Positions 46,143 through 55,721 of a DNA stretch of 64,000 nt are shown here, piece after piece. Source of the stretch: Candidatus Saccharimonadales bacterium (GTDB taxonomy: Bacteria; Patescibacteriota; Saccharimonadia; Saccharimonadales; UBA10212); NCBI GenBank assembly GCA_040900055.1, contig JBBDZU010000007.1:104435-168434 (forward strand). Reading direction: 5' to 3'. The number at the start of each line of letters is the position of its first letter. Positions within the stretch are counted from its first letter, which is position 1. Made by a program: the position numbers and the translations under genes. The notes below the pieces were generated by a model that ran no database searches, had not been told where the DNA came from, and saw nothing but the letters and a program-made list of their open reading frames with translations.

Positions 46143-46718
46143 ATGATAAAGCAGGAGAGGCGTCCGCCAATGTGGGTTTGGTGGCTAGTTTTCTTGCTAC
46201 TTATTGCAATTGCCGTTGTCTTATTAGCCAATTTTGCCGGACCAAAAAAGCTGGCATTCAACCAACCCGGGCTGTACAAGGTGGAGCAGGTCGTGGACGG
46301 CGACACCATTATTGTTGATATGAATGGCCGCCAAGAGATAGTAAGAATGATTGGCGTAGACACGCCAGAAACCCGTCATCCCGACAGACCAATAGAATGC
46401 TTTGGCCAAGAGGCGACTGCCTTCAACAAGCAGCTAATTGGCTCTAGCCGTGTTAGGTTGCAGGCTGACTCACTAGAAACTAATCGCGACCGCTATAGCC
46501 GTCTGCTTCGCTACGTTTATCTACCAGATGGCCGATTAGTAGAAACCGAGCTTATACGCAAAGGCTACGGATTTGCTTACCCCTTCTTTCCTTTCGAGAA
46601 GTCGGCCGAATTTATAACCCTTGAAGAGCAGGCAAAGAAAGCAGGTTTGGGACTTTGGTCGGCTTGCCAAGTAACCTTAGACAGCAACGGCGCCAAGCAC
46701 ACTAACGCCGCCCGCTAG
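46143..46718 (+). CDS. Thermonuclease (SNase-like), membrane-anchored
   Basis: N-terminal TM helix, then DGDTIIV, MIGVDTPE and RYSRLLRYVY SNase motifs. Confidence 0.75.
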   Translation: MIKQERRPPMWVWWLVFLLLIAIAVVLLANFAGPKKLAFNQPGLYKVEQVVDGDTIIVDMNGRQEIVRMIGVDTPETRHPDRPIECFGQEATAFNKQLIGSSRVRLQADSLETNRDRYSRLLRYVYLPDGRLVETELIRKGYGFAYPFFPFEKSAEFITLEEQAKKAGLGLWSACQVTLDSNGAKHTNAAR

Positions 46719-47508
46719 ACTTTTTAGACTCTCTAAGGCTGAGTAGCCAGTCGTCAACGGCGGCGAAAGGATAGACCAGAAATGTTGAGCTCCAAAGCAG
46801 AATAAACAGGCTTAAACGAAATGGATTGGCTCTAAAGTAAAATGTTCGAACCGAGCGAAACTGATAAGATACATGTCGCCGAAAACTAGTATGCATAGCT
46901 CGAAACGACACGCCCACAACTAGTCGCGGAACGTAACGGATTCGTCCAAAATTCTTTAAGCAAAAAGATAGGTCGTAATCCTCCCAAATATCTGGGCGAA
47001 GTAGCACCTTATTGTTTATAGCCCGCCAGCTACTGCGCCGCAGGGCGCAGTTAGATCCCCAGAGCATCCGCTGGCCACCAATTAAACCGGCCAGATAAAT
47101 ATAGCCATGAAAGATGGCTGTACCAACCAATTTTGCGGGCATGTCGTATGGCGAAGCACCGCCTGTTATAGCTATCACATTTTTATCCAAGAAGGCTTGT
47201 TTTACTTTACTAACCCAATCAGGAGGCAAGATGCTATCGGCGTCAATTCTGCCTAATATCTGGCTGGAAGATGCATTAAAGCCAGTGGCCTGGGCAAAAG
47301 ATTGGTGTTGCCACTTTTCTTTAATAACCCTAACAAACACAAAGCTTTTAGCGATCTTGACCGTATTGTCGCTACAGTTGTTGTCAACGACTATAACTTC
47401 ATTAGGTTCATCGGTCTGGGCGGCTATAGAACGCAGGCATGCACCGATGTAGTTTTCTTCGTTATAAGCTGGTATAACTATACTAAGCGTTAGCGGTTTT
47501 TCTTTCAT
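46702..47508 (-). CDS. Glycosyltransferase family 2
   Basis: LSIVIPAYNEE...VVDNNCSDNT is the GT2 N-terminal signature. Confidence 0.75.
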   Translation of the reverse strand: MKEKPLTLSIVIPAYNEENYIGACLRSIAAQTDEPNEVIVVDNNCSDNTVKIAKSFVFVRVIKEKWQHQSFAQATGFNASSSQILGRIDADSILPPDWVSKVKQAFLDKNVIAITGGASPYDMPAKLVGTAIFHGYIYLAGLIGGQRMLWGSNCALRRSSWRAINNKVLLRPDIWEDYDLSFCLKNFGRIRYVPRLVVGVSFRAMHTSFRRHVSYQFRSVRTFYFRANPFRLSLFILLWSSTFLVYPFAAVDDWLLSLRESKKSSGRR

Positions 47509-47536
47509 ATCAATCTAGCCCTTAGGATATCAGCCA

Positions 47537-48637
47537 GTGTCTAAGAGACAAACATCTAAGCAAATCAGTGATCGGTTGAGCTACTGGCTATGGGGCAGCC
47601 TCTGGCGTCGGGCAGGGTTGATTCTTGTAATGATAGTTTTGGTGTGGTTTGCCATGATGTGGCTGGTGGCACAGTGGTATATTGCCAAACACAACGATGA
47701 GCCGCTGGTTCTTGGGACAACTTATATATCAGATTACGCCGAAAGCTTAGGCTTAGAGCCCAAGGAAACGCTAGAAGCCATTCTGGACGATTTAAATATG
47801 AAACACATTCGGCTGGTAAGTTATTGGAAAGAAATAGAGTCTACTCCTGGGATTTATGATTTTTCTAACCTAGATTGGCAGTTTGATATGGCCGAAGATT
47901 ACGGTGCCGAGGTTTCGCTAGCCATAGGCCTTCGCCAACCGCGCTGGCCTGAATGCCACGAACCTCGCTGGGTGAGGCAACTTTCTAAACAGCAGTGGCA
48001 GCCCCAGCTTTATAAATTTATTGGCGCCACCATTGACCGCTATAAAAATCACCCCTCACTGGTAAGCTACCAACTGGAAAACGAATTTTTTATGAAGGTT
48101 TTTGGCGAATGTACCGACTTTGATCGCCAGCGCTTAACTTCCGAGTTGGAGCTTGTAAAGACTCATGACCCTGACCATCGGGTAATTATTAGCCGTTCTA
48201 ATAATTGGATTGGCTTGCCGATAGGCCAACCGCGGCCAGACCAATTTGGCATATCGGTTTATAAACGGGTGTGGGACAAAACTGTAACCAAACGCTACTT
48301 TGAATATCCGCTCCCCAGTTGGTTTTATGGCTTCTTGGCCGGCGCCGGAGAGCTTTTGACTGGCAAAGACATGATGATACATGAACTGCAAGCCGAACCG
48401 TGGCCTCCGCAAGATATTCGTAAAGCTCCCTTACAGGAACTTTATAAGTCCATGGACGCAAAGCGACTTAAAGACAGGATTGATTACGGCAAAGCTACTG
48501 GCATGCGGACCATCGAGCTTTGGGGTGCCGAGTGGTGGTATTGGCTGAAAGAGAAAGCCGGTGACGACAGCGTTTGGGATGTAGTCATGCAAGAAGTAGC
48601 CGAGTCAGCCAGCCGCGTGGCGCGCCCATCAGAGTAA
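47537..48637 (+). CDS. Membrane-anchored TIM-barrel glycoside hydrolase (GH-A clan-like)
   Basis: N-terminal TM helix and an NEF-containing segment YQLENEF reminiscent of the clan GH-A acid/base. Family unassigned. Confidence 0.5.
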   Translation: MSKRQTSKQISDRLSYWLWGSLWRRAGLILVMIVLVWFAMMWLVAQWYIAKHNDEPLVLGTTYISDYAESLGLEPKETLEAILDDLNMKHIRLVSYWKEIESTPGIYDFSNLDWQFDMAEDYGAEVSLAIGLRQPRWPECHEPRWVRQLSKQQWQPQLYKFIGATIDRYKNHPSLVSYQLENEFFMKVFGECTDFDRQRLTSELELVKTHDPDHRVIISRSNNWIGLPIGQPRPDQFGISVYKRVWDKTVTKRYFEYPLPSWFYGFLAGAGELLTGKDMMIHELQAEPWPPQDIRKAPLQELYKSMDAKRLKDRIDYGKATGMRTIELWGAEWWYWLKEKAGDDSVWDVVMQEVAESASRVARPSE

Positions 48638-48666
48638 AAGCCCGACTTTTAGCGTAAAATTATGGT

Positions 48667-49116
48667 ATGACAAAAAAGGCTCCAGCGGCAAAGAAAATAG
48701 TTAACCGGCGGGCGCGTTTCGACTATGAGCTTGGCGATAGCTTGCTGGTTGGTCTAGCACTCACCGGCGCAGAAACTAAGGCATTAAGAATGGGCCACGG
48801 GCAGTTGACAGGCGCCTATGTGACCGTAAAAGACGAGGAGCTTTGGCTGGTGAATGCGGCCATCAACAGTAGCGCTGGCGTAATAATCCCCGAAGATGAG
48901 CAGACCCGCAGCCGTAAACTGCTAGCTAAACGCCGCGAGATTAACCAGCTCATTGCCGCCAGGCAGCAGGGCAAAACAATTGTGCCGCTAGAAATTGCAA
49001 CTTCGGGACGATATATAAAGCTTAGGCTTGCGCCAGGTAAAGGCAAGAGACTCTATGACAAACGTGAAACCCTTAAACGTCGCCAGCAGGAACGCGAGGC
49101 CAAGAGCTTAAAATGA
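48667..49116 (+). CDS. smpB: SsrA-binding protein SmpB
   Basis: VNRRARFDYELGDSLLVGLALTGAETKAL and the C-terminal basic tail. Confidence 0.85.
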   Translation: MTKKAPAAKKIVNRRARFDYELGDSLLVGLALTGAETKALRMGHGQLTGAYVTVKDEELWLVNAAINSSAGVIIPEDEQTRSRKLLAKRREINQLIAARQQGKTIVPLEIATSGRYIKLRLAPGKGKRLYDKRETLKRRQQEREAKSLK

Positions 49117-49910
49117 CGCTTTATTCTTGGAATGTAAATGGCATACGGGCTGTAGTGCGCAAAGGCGCCCTGCAGGAATTTATGGCTAAACATCAGCCGG
49201 ACGTGCTTTGTCTTCAAGAAACTAAAGCCCAAAAAGGCCAGGTAGAGATTGATTTTGAAGGTTATGAGGAATACTGGAACTCAGCCGAGAAGCTTGGTTA
49301 TTCGGGCACGGCTATTTTTACCAAAATCAAACCTCTAAATGTCATTAACGGCTTTCCGGAAACATTTGCTAAAAAATATAACTTAATAGATCACAAAACA
49401 CGCGATGCCGCTAAGGAAGGAAGGGTCTTGACCGCTGAGTTTGAAAAATTCTGGCTGGTAACGGTTTATACAATCAACGCTAAAGACGATTTGAGCCGTT
49501 TGCCCTTGAAGCATAAATACTGGGACCCCGCTTTTTTGGCTTATGTAAAAGAACTTCAAAAAAGCAAACCTGTAGTCTTTTGCGGCGATTTAAATGTAGC
49601 CCCTACAGAAGATGACCTTGCTAGGCCTAAGGAAAATAAGGGTAAGAAAGGTTTCACGGACGAAGAGCGCCAAGGCTTCGAAAATTACTTGGGGGCTGGT
49701 TTCGTAGACACTTTTCGCCTTTTCCATAAAGGCAACGGCCACTACACCTGGTGGACACATTGGGCCAACGCTAGGGCTCGTAATATAGGTTGGCGGATTG
49801 ATTATTTCTTGGCCTCTCAAAGCCTGGTCCCCAAAATTAAGAATGCTCAGATCCATGCTAAAGTCATGGGTTCCGATCACTGCCCCATAAGCATAACTTT
49901 AGATAACTAA
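49113..49910 (+). CDS. xth: Exodeoxyribonuclease III (AP endonuclease)
   Basis: WNVNGIRA...LCLQETK...GDLNVAP...GSDHCPI. Confidence 0.9.
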   Translation: MTLYSWNVNGIRAVVRKGALQEFMAKHQPDVLCLQETKAQKGQVEIDFEGYEEYWNSAEKLGYSGTAIFTKIKPLNVINGFPETFAKKYNLIDHKTRDAAKEGRVLTAEFEKFWLVTVYTINAKDDLSRLPLKHKYWDPAFLAYVKELQKSKPVVFCGDLNVAPTEDDLARPKENKGKKGFTDEERQGFENYLGAGFVDTFRLFHKGNGHYTWWTHWANARARNIGWRIDYFLASQSLVPKIKNAQIHAKVMGSDHCPISITLDN

Positions 49911-49914
49911 CGCA

Positions 49915-50652
49915 ATGACTAAAGCCCCAAGCATCAAGACACATAGGCCGTTTGCGGTCTTTGATATAGACGGAACCATTATTCGCTGGCAGCTTTACCA
50001 CGCCATCGCCGATGCCTTGGCTAAAAAAGGGCTGGTTGATACCATAGCCTATCAAGCAGTCCGCGACGCTCGCATGTCATGGAAGAGGCGGACAGACACA
50101 GATTCGTTTAAAACATATGAGCAGCACCTTGTGGGATTTTACAATCAGCTGCTGGAAAACTTGAGTGTCAGTCATTTTACAGAGGCAGCAGATGCCGTGT
50201 TTGACGAATATAAAGACCAGGTTTATGTTTACAGCCGGGATTTAATCAGGCAATTAAAAAAGAAAAATTACCTGCTAATTGCCTTAAGTGGGTCACAGTC
50301 CGAAATAGTTGAAAAAATAGCCAATTACTACGGGTTTGATGATTATATCGGCACAACTTATGAACGAAGCGGTAAATATTTTACAGGTACGATGATTTTG
50401 CACTTGGGCAAGAAAGACGAAGTGCTAAAAAAACTAATCAAGCGTCATCAGGCTACGAGTAGCAAAAGCATAGGGATAGGTGATAGCGCCAGCGACATAT
50501 CCATGTTGGAAGCAGTTGAGCAACCGATTGCCTTCAACCCAGAGATGAAGCTCTTTGAACACGCTAAAAGGAGGGGCTGGAAGATAGTTATCGAACGCAA
50601 AAATGTGATTTACGAGCTAGAACCAAGAAATGGCAGATACCAGCTGGCTTAG
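49915..50652 (+). CDS. HAD-IB family hydrolase (SerB-like)
   Basis: VFDIDGTI and GIGDSASDISMLEAV motifs. Confidence 0.7.
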   Translation: MTKAPSIKTHRPFAVFDIDGTIIRWQLYHAIADALAKKGLVDTIAYQAVRDARMSWKRRTDTDSFKTYEQHLVGFYNQLLENLSVSHFTEAADAVFDEYKDQVYVYSRDLIRQLKKKNYLLIALSGSQSEIVEKIANYYGFDDYIGTTYERSGKYFTGTMILHLGKKDEVLKKLIKRHQATSSKSIGIGDSASDISMLEAVEQPIAFNPEMKLFEHAKRRGWKIVIERKNVIYELEPRNGRYQLA

Positions 50653-51412
50653 ACAAACCGGTAATGAGCCGTTATTTGCTGACTTACTGTGGAGCCAGCC
50701 GGAAAATAAGAATCAGGCAGGAAAATTGTTGATACTTGGCGGCAATCTTCATGGCTTTAAAGCTGTGGCCGCAGCTCACCAGGCTGCGACAAAAGCCGGC
50801 GCTGGCGTGGTTAAGATACTATTGCCTGACGCTTTAAAGAAGCTTTTGGGTAAGAGCTTTGGAGAAGCCGAGTTTACCTCTAGCACAAGTGCTGGCAGCT
50901 TTAGCCGCGAAGCCTTGGCTTTATTTTTAGATGAGGCAGAATGGGCCGATGGAGTGCTCTTGGCAGGCGATTTCGGTAAAAACAGCGAGACTGCCATTTT
51001 GCTGGAATCATTCATTAACAAGCAATCGAGCCTGGTGGTGATGGTTGGAGATTCTTTGGACTATTTTGCAAACAGCCCAAAGCCGGCCCAAAACAATAAC
51101 ATTGTAGTAGTGGGCGACATTGCCAGACTTCAAAAAATAGCCAAACCAACCCTTATAAAACATAGCTTTGATTTACTGCAAATGGTTAACGCGTTAAGTA
51201 AATGGACTATGCAAGCCAATTTAAATATTTTGACCAGACATGCTGGCCAGATAATTACAGCCAGCCATGGGCGAATCAGCACCACACCAGCAAAAGAAGT
51301 ATCAGACTGGGAAGTTCAGTTAGCCGCTTACGCTAGCGTTTGGTGTATCCAGCATCCTCAAAAACCTTTCGAAGCCCTAACAACCGCCGCCTTCGGCTAC
51401 ACGAAGGAGTAG
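50630..51412 (+). CDS. Possible NAD(P)H-hydrate dehydratase (YjeF-C/carbohydrate-kinase-like)
   Basis: Gly-rich LILGGNLHGFKAVAAAHQAATKAGAGVV resembles the NnrD N-terminal motif. Weak. Confidence 0.45.
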   Translation: MADTSWLRQTGNEPLFADLLWSQPENKNQAGKLLILGGNLHGFKAVAAAHQAATKAGAGVVKILLPDALKKLLGKSFGEAEFTSSTSAGSFSREALALFLDEAEWADGVLLAGDFGKNSETAILLESFINKQSSLVVMVGDSLDYFANSPKPAQNNNIVVVGDIARLQKIAKPTLIKHSFDLLQMVNALSKWTMQANLNILTRHAGQIITASHGRISTTPAKEVSDWEVQLAAYASVWCIQHPQKPFEALTTAAFGYTKE

Positions 51413-51420
51413 GAACAATT

Positions 51421-51507
51421 GTGGTGGCGCCCGTCGGACTCGAACCGACATGAGGTTGCCCTCACGGGATTTTGAGTCCCGCGTGTCTACCAATTCCACC
51501 AGGGCGC
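51421..51507 (-). tRNA. tRNA-Leu (anticodon CAA), type II, CCA encoded
   Basis: The reverse complement is GGCGCCCTGGTGGAATTGGTAGACACGCGGGA-CTCAAAA-TCCCG...GGTTCGAGTCC...GGGCGCCACCA. Confidence 0.85.
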
Positions 51508-51611
51508 CGCACCATAGGTGTATCCAACTTCGCTGAAGCCACATTGGATTTCGCCTATATTTTATCAGAGTTTAAGGTGTTCATTGTACAATAAACAGGG
51601 ATAATTACGAT

Positions 51612-52850
51612 ATGGACCTAAAGTTAGACGACCACCCTGACCAATTTAGCGAATCCTTGCCGCTACCGCCTGAGCCTGGCCAACCAAAAGCGGTAGAGCC
51701 TCCTAGTGCAGCTAATCCCGCAGCCGACCTAATTAGAAAAAGGGTAGAGGATGCCTACCTGCAGGAGCCAGATGTCGCTGCAGAGGTTGCCGAAGTGACC
51801 TCCTTAAGCAAGAAATCTACCAAGTCCAAACACCAGCAGTTTATTTTAGAACTTACTGGCTCTGGTAAATCGCTTCCGGAAATTCAAGTAGCTTGGCACG
51901 AATATTATGCATCTTTGAGCGACTCTGAAAAACACCAAGTCTGGCAGGAGTTTTATGAAAGCCATTCAGAAAGTGCGAAGTTCCCTAAAGCAGAAAGGGC
52001 AAAGCCCGATAAATCGGCTCGCAAGCCAAAGCCAGCCGCCCACCGTCAGCCCACCGCAAGAGCTAGGCTTATGGGTTGGGGGCTTGGAGATTTGCGCGAT
52101 TCGGTCTTGGGCGATTTGCCATCAAGACCGGCTGTAAAAATTGCCCCTCATTGGCGATCGGCTGGCTTTGGGCTAGCCGTAGGCTTAATTGCTGTATTTA
52201 TTTTCTTGTTTAGTTTCTTTAATGAGCGCATCATTGCTCCCTTGATCCAGCCTAGTCGAACCGTTTCTAGTACACCCATTATCAATGCTGCAGTAGCCGG
52301 AAGCTTAGATCCTAAAATTATAATCCCTAAGATTAACGTAGAAATACCGGTAGTTTATGACGTTGGGACGATAGAAGAATCGGCGGTGTTAAAAGCTCTG
52401 GAAGGTGGAGTGGTCCACTACGCCGACACCGCTCAGCCTGGCCAAAACGGCAATACCGTAATTGTTGGCCACTCGTCTAATAACATTTTTAACAGTGGTA
52501 GGTATAAGTTTGCTTTTGTGCTACTGTCACGACTAGAGAAGGGCGATACTTTTTATCTACAAAAGGACGGCAAGCGCTTTACCTATCAAATCTATGATAA
52601 GAAAGTCATTAAGCCAACTGATGTCTCGGTGCTTGGGCAAACAGACAAGCCGGCTACAGCCAGCTTAATAACTTGCGATCCACCTGGCACTAGCACTAAC
52701 CGCTTAGTAGTAGTAGGCGAACAAATAAATCCTGACACAAAGGCTAACGCGCCTGCTGCTGGACAGGGAAGTTTAGCGTCGTCAACAAAAATCGTGCCGG
52801 GCAATGCTCCCACGCTATGGTCAAAAATTGCCTACTGGCTAAGCCGGTAA
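51612..52850 (+). CDS. Sortase (transpeptidase) with cytoplasmic N-terminal extension of about 190 aa
   Basis: Catalytic triad context: VIVGHSS (His), LITCDPPG (TLxTC Cys) and NRLVVV (Arg). One TM helix at about residue 195. Confidence 0.75.
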   Translation: MDLKLDDHPDQFSESLPLPPEPGQPKAVEPPSAANPAADLIRKRVEDAYLQEPDVAAEVAEVTSLSKKSTKSKHQQFILELTGSGKSLPEIQVAWHEYYASLSDSEKHQVWQEFYESHSESAKFPKAERAKPDKSARKPKPAAHRQPTARARLMGWGLGDLRDSVLGDLPSRPAVKIAPHWRSAGFGLAVGLIAVFIFLFSFFNERIIAPLIQPSRTVSSTPIINAAVAGSLDPKIIIPKINVEIPVVYDVGTIEESAVLKALEGGVVHYADTAQPGQNGNTVIVGHSSNNIFNSGRYKFAFVLLSRLEKGDTFYLQKDGKRFTYQIYDKKVIKPTDVSVLGQTDKPATASLITCDPPGTSTNRLVVVGEQINPDTKANAPAAGQGSLASSTKIVPGNAPTLWSKIAYWLSR

Positions 52851-54350
52851 CTAACGGCTACGCAGGGCTTCGGGCAGGTCGTTGCCGGCCCGCATATCGA
52901 TATCAATAAGTGTCTGAGTGTTGGCCGAACCTGTTTGCCTAATTACTAATAAATGGCGAACATCCCGGCTAAAATAGCCAAGGGGCGAAGCGGTCGCGCC
53001 AAGTAAATGGCTGTTGCTGCCGTCATAGTCGGAAATTAGCAAATTGCCGCCGGCTTGGCCTGCCCATCTAAACCCATCTAGCCAGCTCATGGGGCTGTTG
53101 AGCTTGGCCTCTAGCTGGTAGCGATAACTTTCTTCTAGCTCAACATCAAACACCAAAAACATTTGGCCAGACTGGGCACCAAAAAAACGGCCATTGTCAG
53201 AAACTGCCAAGCTGTTAGCCTCAATGTTTTGCAAAGCTAACATCGGTTGGGCCTTGGCCACCTTAGAGTCTTTTAAGGAGCTTAACGGGTCTTTATAAAT
53301 ACTTAGGCGCTCAGAGCCCTTTGCGCCAACCATGTAGTACCAATGGCTCTGATAGGTAGTTGCGGCCAGCAGCCAGTCGCTGTTAGCCTCCAAGGACGTT
53401 AGGCTGTAGGTTTGGCCATTATCCCAAATCCTGACGCTAAAGTTGCCCCCAATTGCTGGCGAGACATAAGTTAAAAGATTATTAGAAATCGCCTTAAAAG
53501 CTAAAACTTCTCTAATTACCGTGCCGGTAAGATTAGCGCTTTGGCGGTCGGCTAGGGCCAAGGTGGCGGCAGCTTTATCAAATATATAAAACTGGCCAAT
53601 TTTTTTATCGGCTAAAGCCACATCGTCAGCAGGCACCTTAAAAAGTTTATTGACGTTAAAGGACTGCGCTGGATCTGCCCTGTCAATAACAATAAACTCA
53701 TGGCCGGATCTGCCAGTATGTTTGACCAATAGGTGGCGGTTATCGGCGGCCCATTCGACTTCGGTAAATTTCGAACTTGAGCTGGCGTAGCCGGTCAAAA
53801 GTCCAACCGGTAGCGTTAGGCTTTGGGGCGGGTCACTTAAGTTATCGGTGTCGTAAAGATCAAAGCTGGGACGAGCTGGCACGCCTGCCGTACTCTCGAT
53901 TAGAAGCCATTTTAGGTTGGGGCTTTGGCTAAAGAGCTCAGGCATATCTTCGTAGCTTTTAATAGCTGTTTCAATTGGTGCGACAGGGAATAAAAACGGG
54001 TAAGCAAACCGGGCAACGCTATGTTCGTTCAATAGGAAGTTTCTTTGCCAATTTCGATAGCCTTCCTTGCTTAAAGTCAGGTAATAGCTGCCGGCTGGCA
54101 GGACTAGACGGGCGGCCGTATCGGCGTCTTTGTCTTGGCCGTTTAGGCTTATCTTAGCACCCGATGGCCTGGAATCGGCAAACAGCAAACCATTTTGAAC
54201 GACCTCGCCGGTTTTAGTGTTAATGCCGTATCCGTAGGCAGCATAAACTAAAATTATGGTAGCTAGTCCAATAGCGACACTCATTAAACCATAGCCAATC
54301 ATGAGCCGTATTTTGTGGGCACGCCTTTTTTGAGAGTCTAAATAATCCAT
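52851..54350 (-). CDS. Membrane-anchored PEGA-domain protein with large beta-rich extracytoplasmic domain
   Basis: N-terminal TM, a PEGA-like segment (RPSGAKISLNGQ...GSYYLTLSKEGYRNWQ), then about 380 aa predicted beta-rich. Confidence 0.55.
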   Translation of the reverse strand: MDYLDSQKRRAHKIRLMIGYGLMSVAIGLATIILVYAAYGYGINTKTGEVVQNGLLFADSRPSGAKISLNGQDKDADTAARLVLPAGSYYLTLSKEGYRNWQRNFLLNEHSVARFAYPFLFPVAPIETAIKSYEDMPELFSQSPNLKWLLIESTAGVPARPSFDLYDTDNLSDPPQSLTLPVGLLTGYASSSSKFTEVEWAADNRHLLVKHTGRSGHEFIVIDRADPAQSFNVNKLFKVPADDVALADKKIGQFYIFDKAAATLALADRQSANLTGTVIREVLAFKAISNNLLTYVSPAIGGNFSVRIWDNGQTYSLTSLEANSDWLLAATTYQSHWYYMVGAKGSERLSIYKDPLSSLKDSKVAKAQPMLALQNIEANSLAVSDNGRFFGAQSGQMFLVFDVELEESYRYQLEAKLNSPMSWLDGFRWAGQAGGNLLISDYDGSNSHLLGATASPLGYFSRDVRHLLVIRQTGSANTQTLIDIDMRAGNDLPEALRSR

Positions 54351-54502
54351 TCTTGTTAATTTAAGCTAACGGGCAGCGTTGGCATTGTCCCATATAATCA
54401 GCAAGCACTACAAGCCAAGTAAATCCCCTGAAATTTGCCAGGAAAACTCTGCGGGTGTAATATGGTTTTTATACTAAAAAGCTTGGGGCTGATAGCCGGT
54501 AA

Positions 54503-55672
54503 ATGAGAACAACTAGCGTCATAGAGATTAACGGCTATCGATACGACGCAGCTACCGGCAAGATAATTGGCGCTGTAAAAGATATAGCTGCTCACGTAAA
54601 AAATAGTTCCCCAGCTGGGATTATCGACGGCATAATTTATAACCCGGCAGTTGACCATAAACCAACTGCTAAGATTTCAAAGCCGGCAAAAGCTGAAGCT
54701 CCCAAGGCCGCTATTACTAGAAACCACCGAAAAAGACATATCTTCAAAAATAGCGCCTTAACGCTACATACTCGCGCCCAGCGTTCCAAAACATTGATGC
54801 GATCGACTATCGCTAAGCCCAAGGAGCGATTAAAAGATCTTACAGATGCGCCGGCGCAATCAGCTAAAACAAAATCCGTTGCTGTTAACCTGATACGTGA
54901 AAAAAGAGCCAAAGTGTTTAGAAAACATCCTAAGGTAGCGCGTTTTGGCGATTTCATAAATCGCACAGACCTCTCCGTAGACCAACCGGCCAAACAAGGC
55001 AAAGTCATATCTGCTGCCAGCCCAAAAATCGTGGCAAATCAAACAGCTAAGGCCGCAAGTAGTAACGTCCGGCCAATGCCGAGTATGGTGACTAGCGTCT
55101 CTCACCAGCATTTGGAGCGCTTATTAGATCGTGCTTTAGCATTAGCCGATTCCCACAAAAAAACCTTAAAAGAGGGGCTACCACGACGAAAAACCTTTAA
55201 ACGTTTTAAACTACTGCCGCGCTGGCTAACTTTGGGCTTAGTAGTTTTGGTTTTAGTAGCCGGCGCAATTTATTTTGCCTGGCAGAATGTTCCTGAAGCT
55301 GCCATGAAGATAGCTGCCGCCAGAGCCCAGGTTAACGCTAAAGTACCGGCCTATGAGCCCTCCGATTTCAAATTCGTAGGCCCCATTAGCTACGCTAACC
55401 ATTCGACCACAATTCGCTACCAAGCCCAAGGACAGCCGGCTAAAGCTTACGCCATCACTCAACAAGCCTCGAACCTAGACAGCGATTCTTTAGTATCAAA
55501 TGTAATAGGCCTAAATGCCCAAGTTCAAACTTCTCAAATTAACGGTATTAAAGTTTTTATCTACGGTCCATCAAATGACGCGACCTGGGTCAATAACGGT
55601 ATTTGGTATTCCATCAAAAACAATGCCGGCCTAACATCTGTCCAGCTACTAAAAATAGCCCAGAGTTTTTAG
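54503..55672 (+). CDS. Hypothetical bitopic membrane protein (basic cytoplasmic N-terminus, C-terminal extracytoplasmic domain)
   Basis: Lys/Arg-rich N-terminal 230 aa, one TM (LTLGLVVLVLVAGAIYFAW), and a C-terminal beta-rich domain. Confidence 0.5.
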   Translation: MRTTSVIEINGYRYDAATGKIIGAVKDIAAHVKNSSPAGIIDGIIYNPAVDHKPTAKISKPAKAEAPKAAITRNHRKRHIFKNSALTLHTRAQRSKTLMRSTIAKPKERLKDLTDAPAQSAKTKSVAVNLIREKRAKVFRKHPKVARFGDFINRTDLSVDQPAKQGKVISAASPKIVANQTAKAASSNVRPMPSMVTSVSHQHLERLLDRALALADSHKKTLKEGLPRRKTFKRFKLLPRWLTLGLVVLVLVAGAIYFAWQNVPEAAMKIAAARAQVNAKVPAYEPSDFKFVGPISYANHSTTIRYQAQGQPAKAYAITQQASNLDSDSLVSNVIGLNAQVQTSQINGIKVFIYGPSNDATWVNNGIWYSIKNNAGLTSVQLLKIAQSF

Positions 55673-55721
55673 CCCTAACGAGGCTAGCAGCTAGCGCTGG
55701 TTGGCTAGTATACTAATAACG

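Noticed and set aside
48667-49116. Looking for tmRNA (ssrA) next to smpB
   Set aside because: smpB is immediately followed and overlapped by xth. No tRNA-like 3' domain (GGTTCGAnTCC...CCA) is found nearby apart from the annotated tRNAs.
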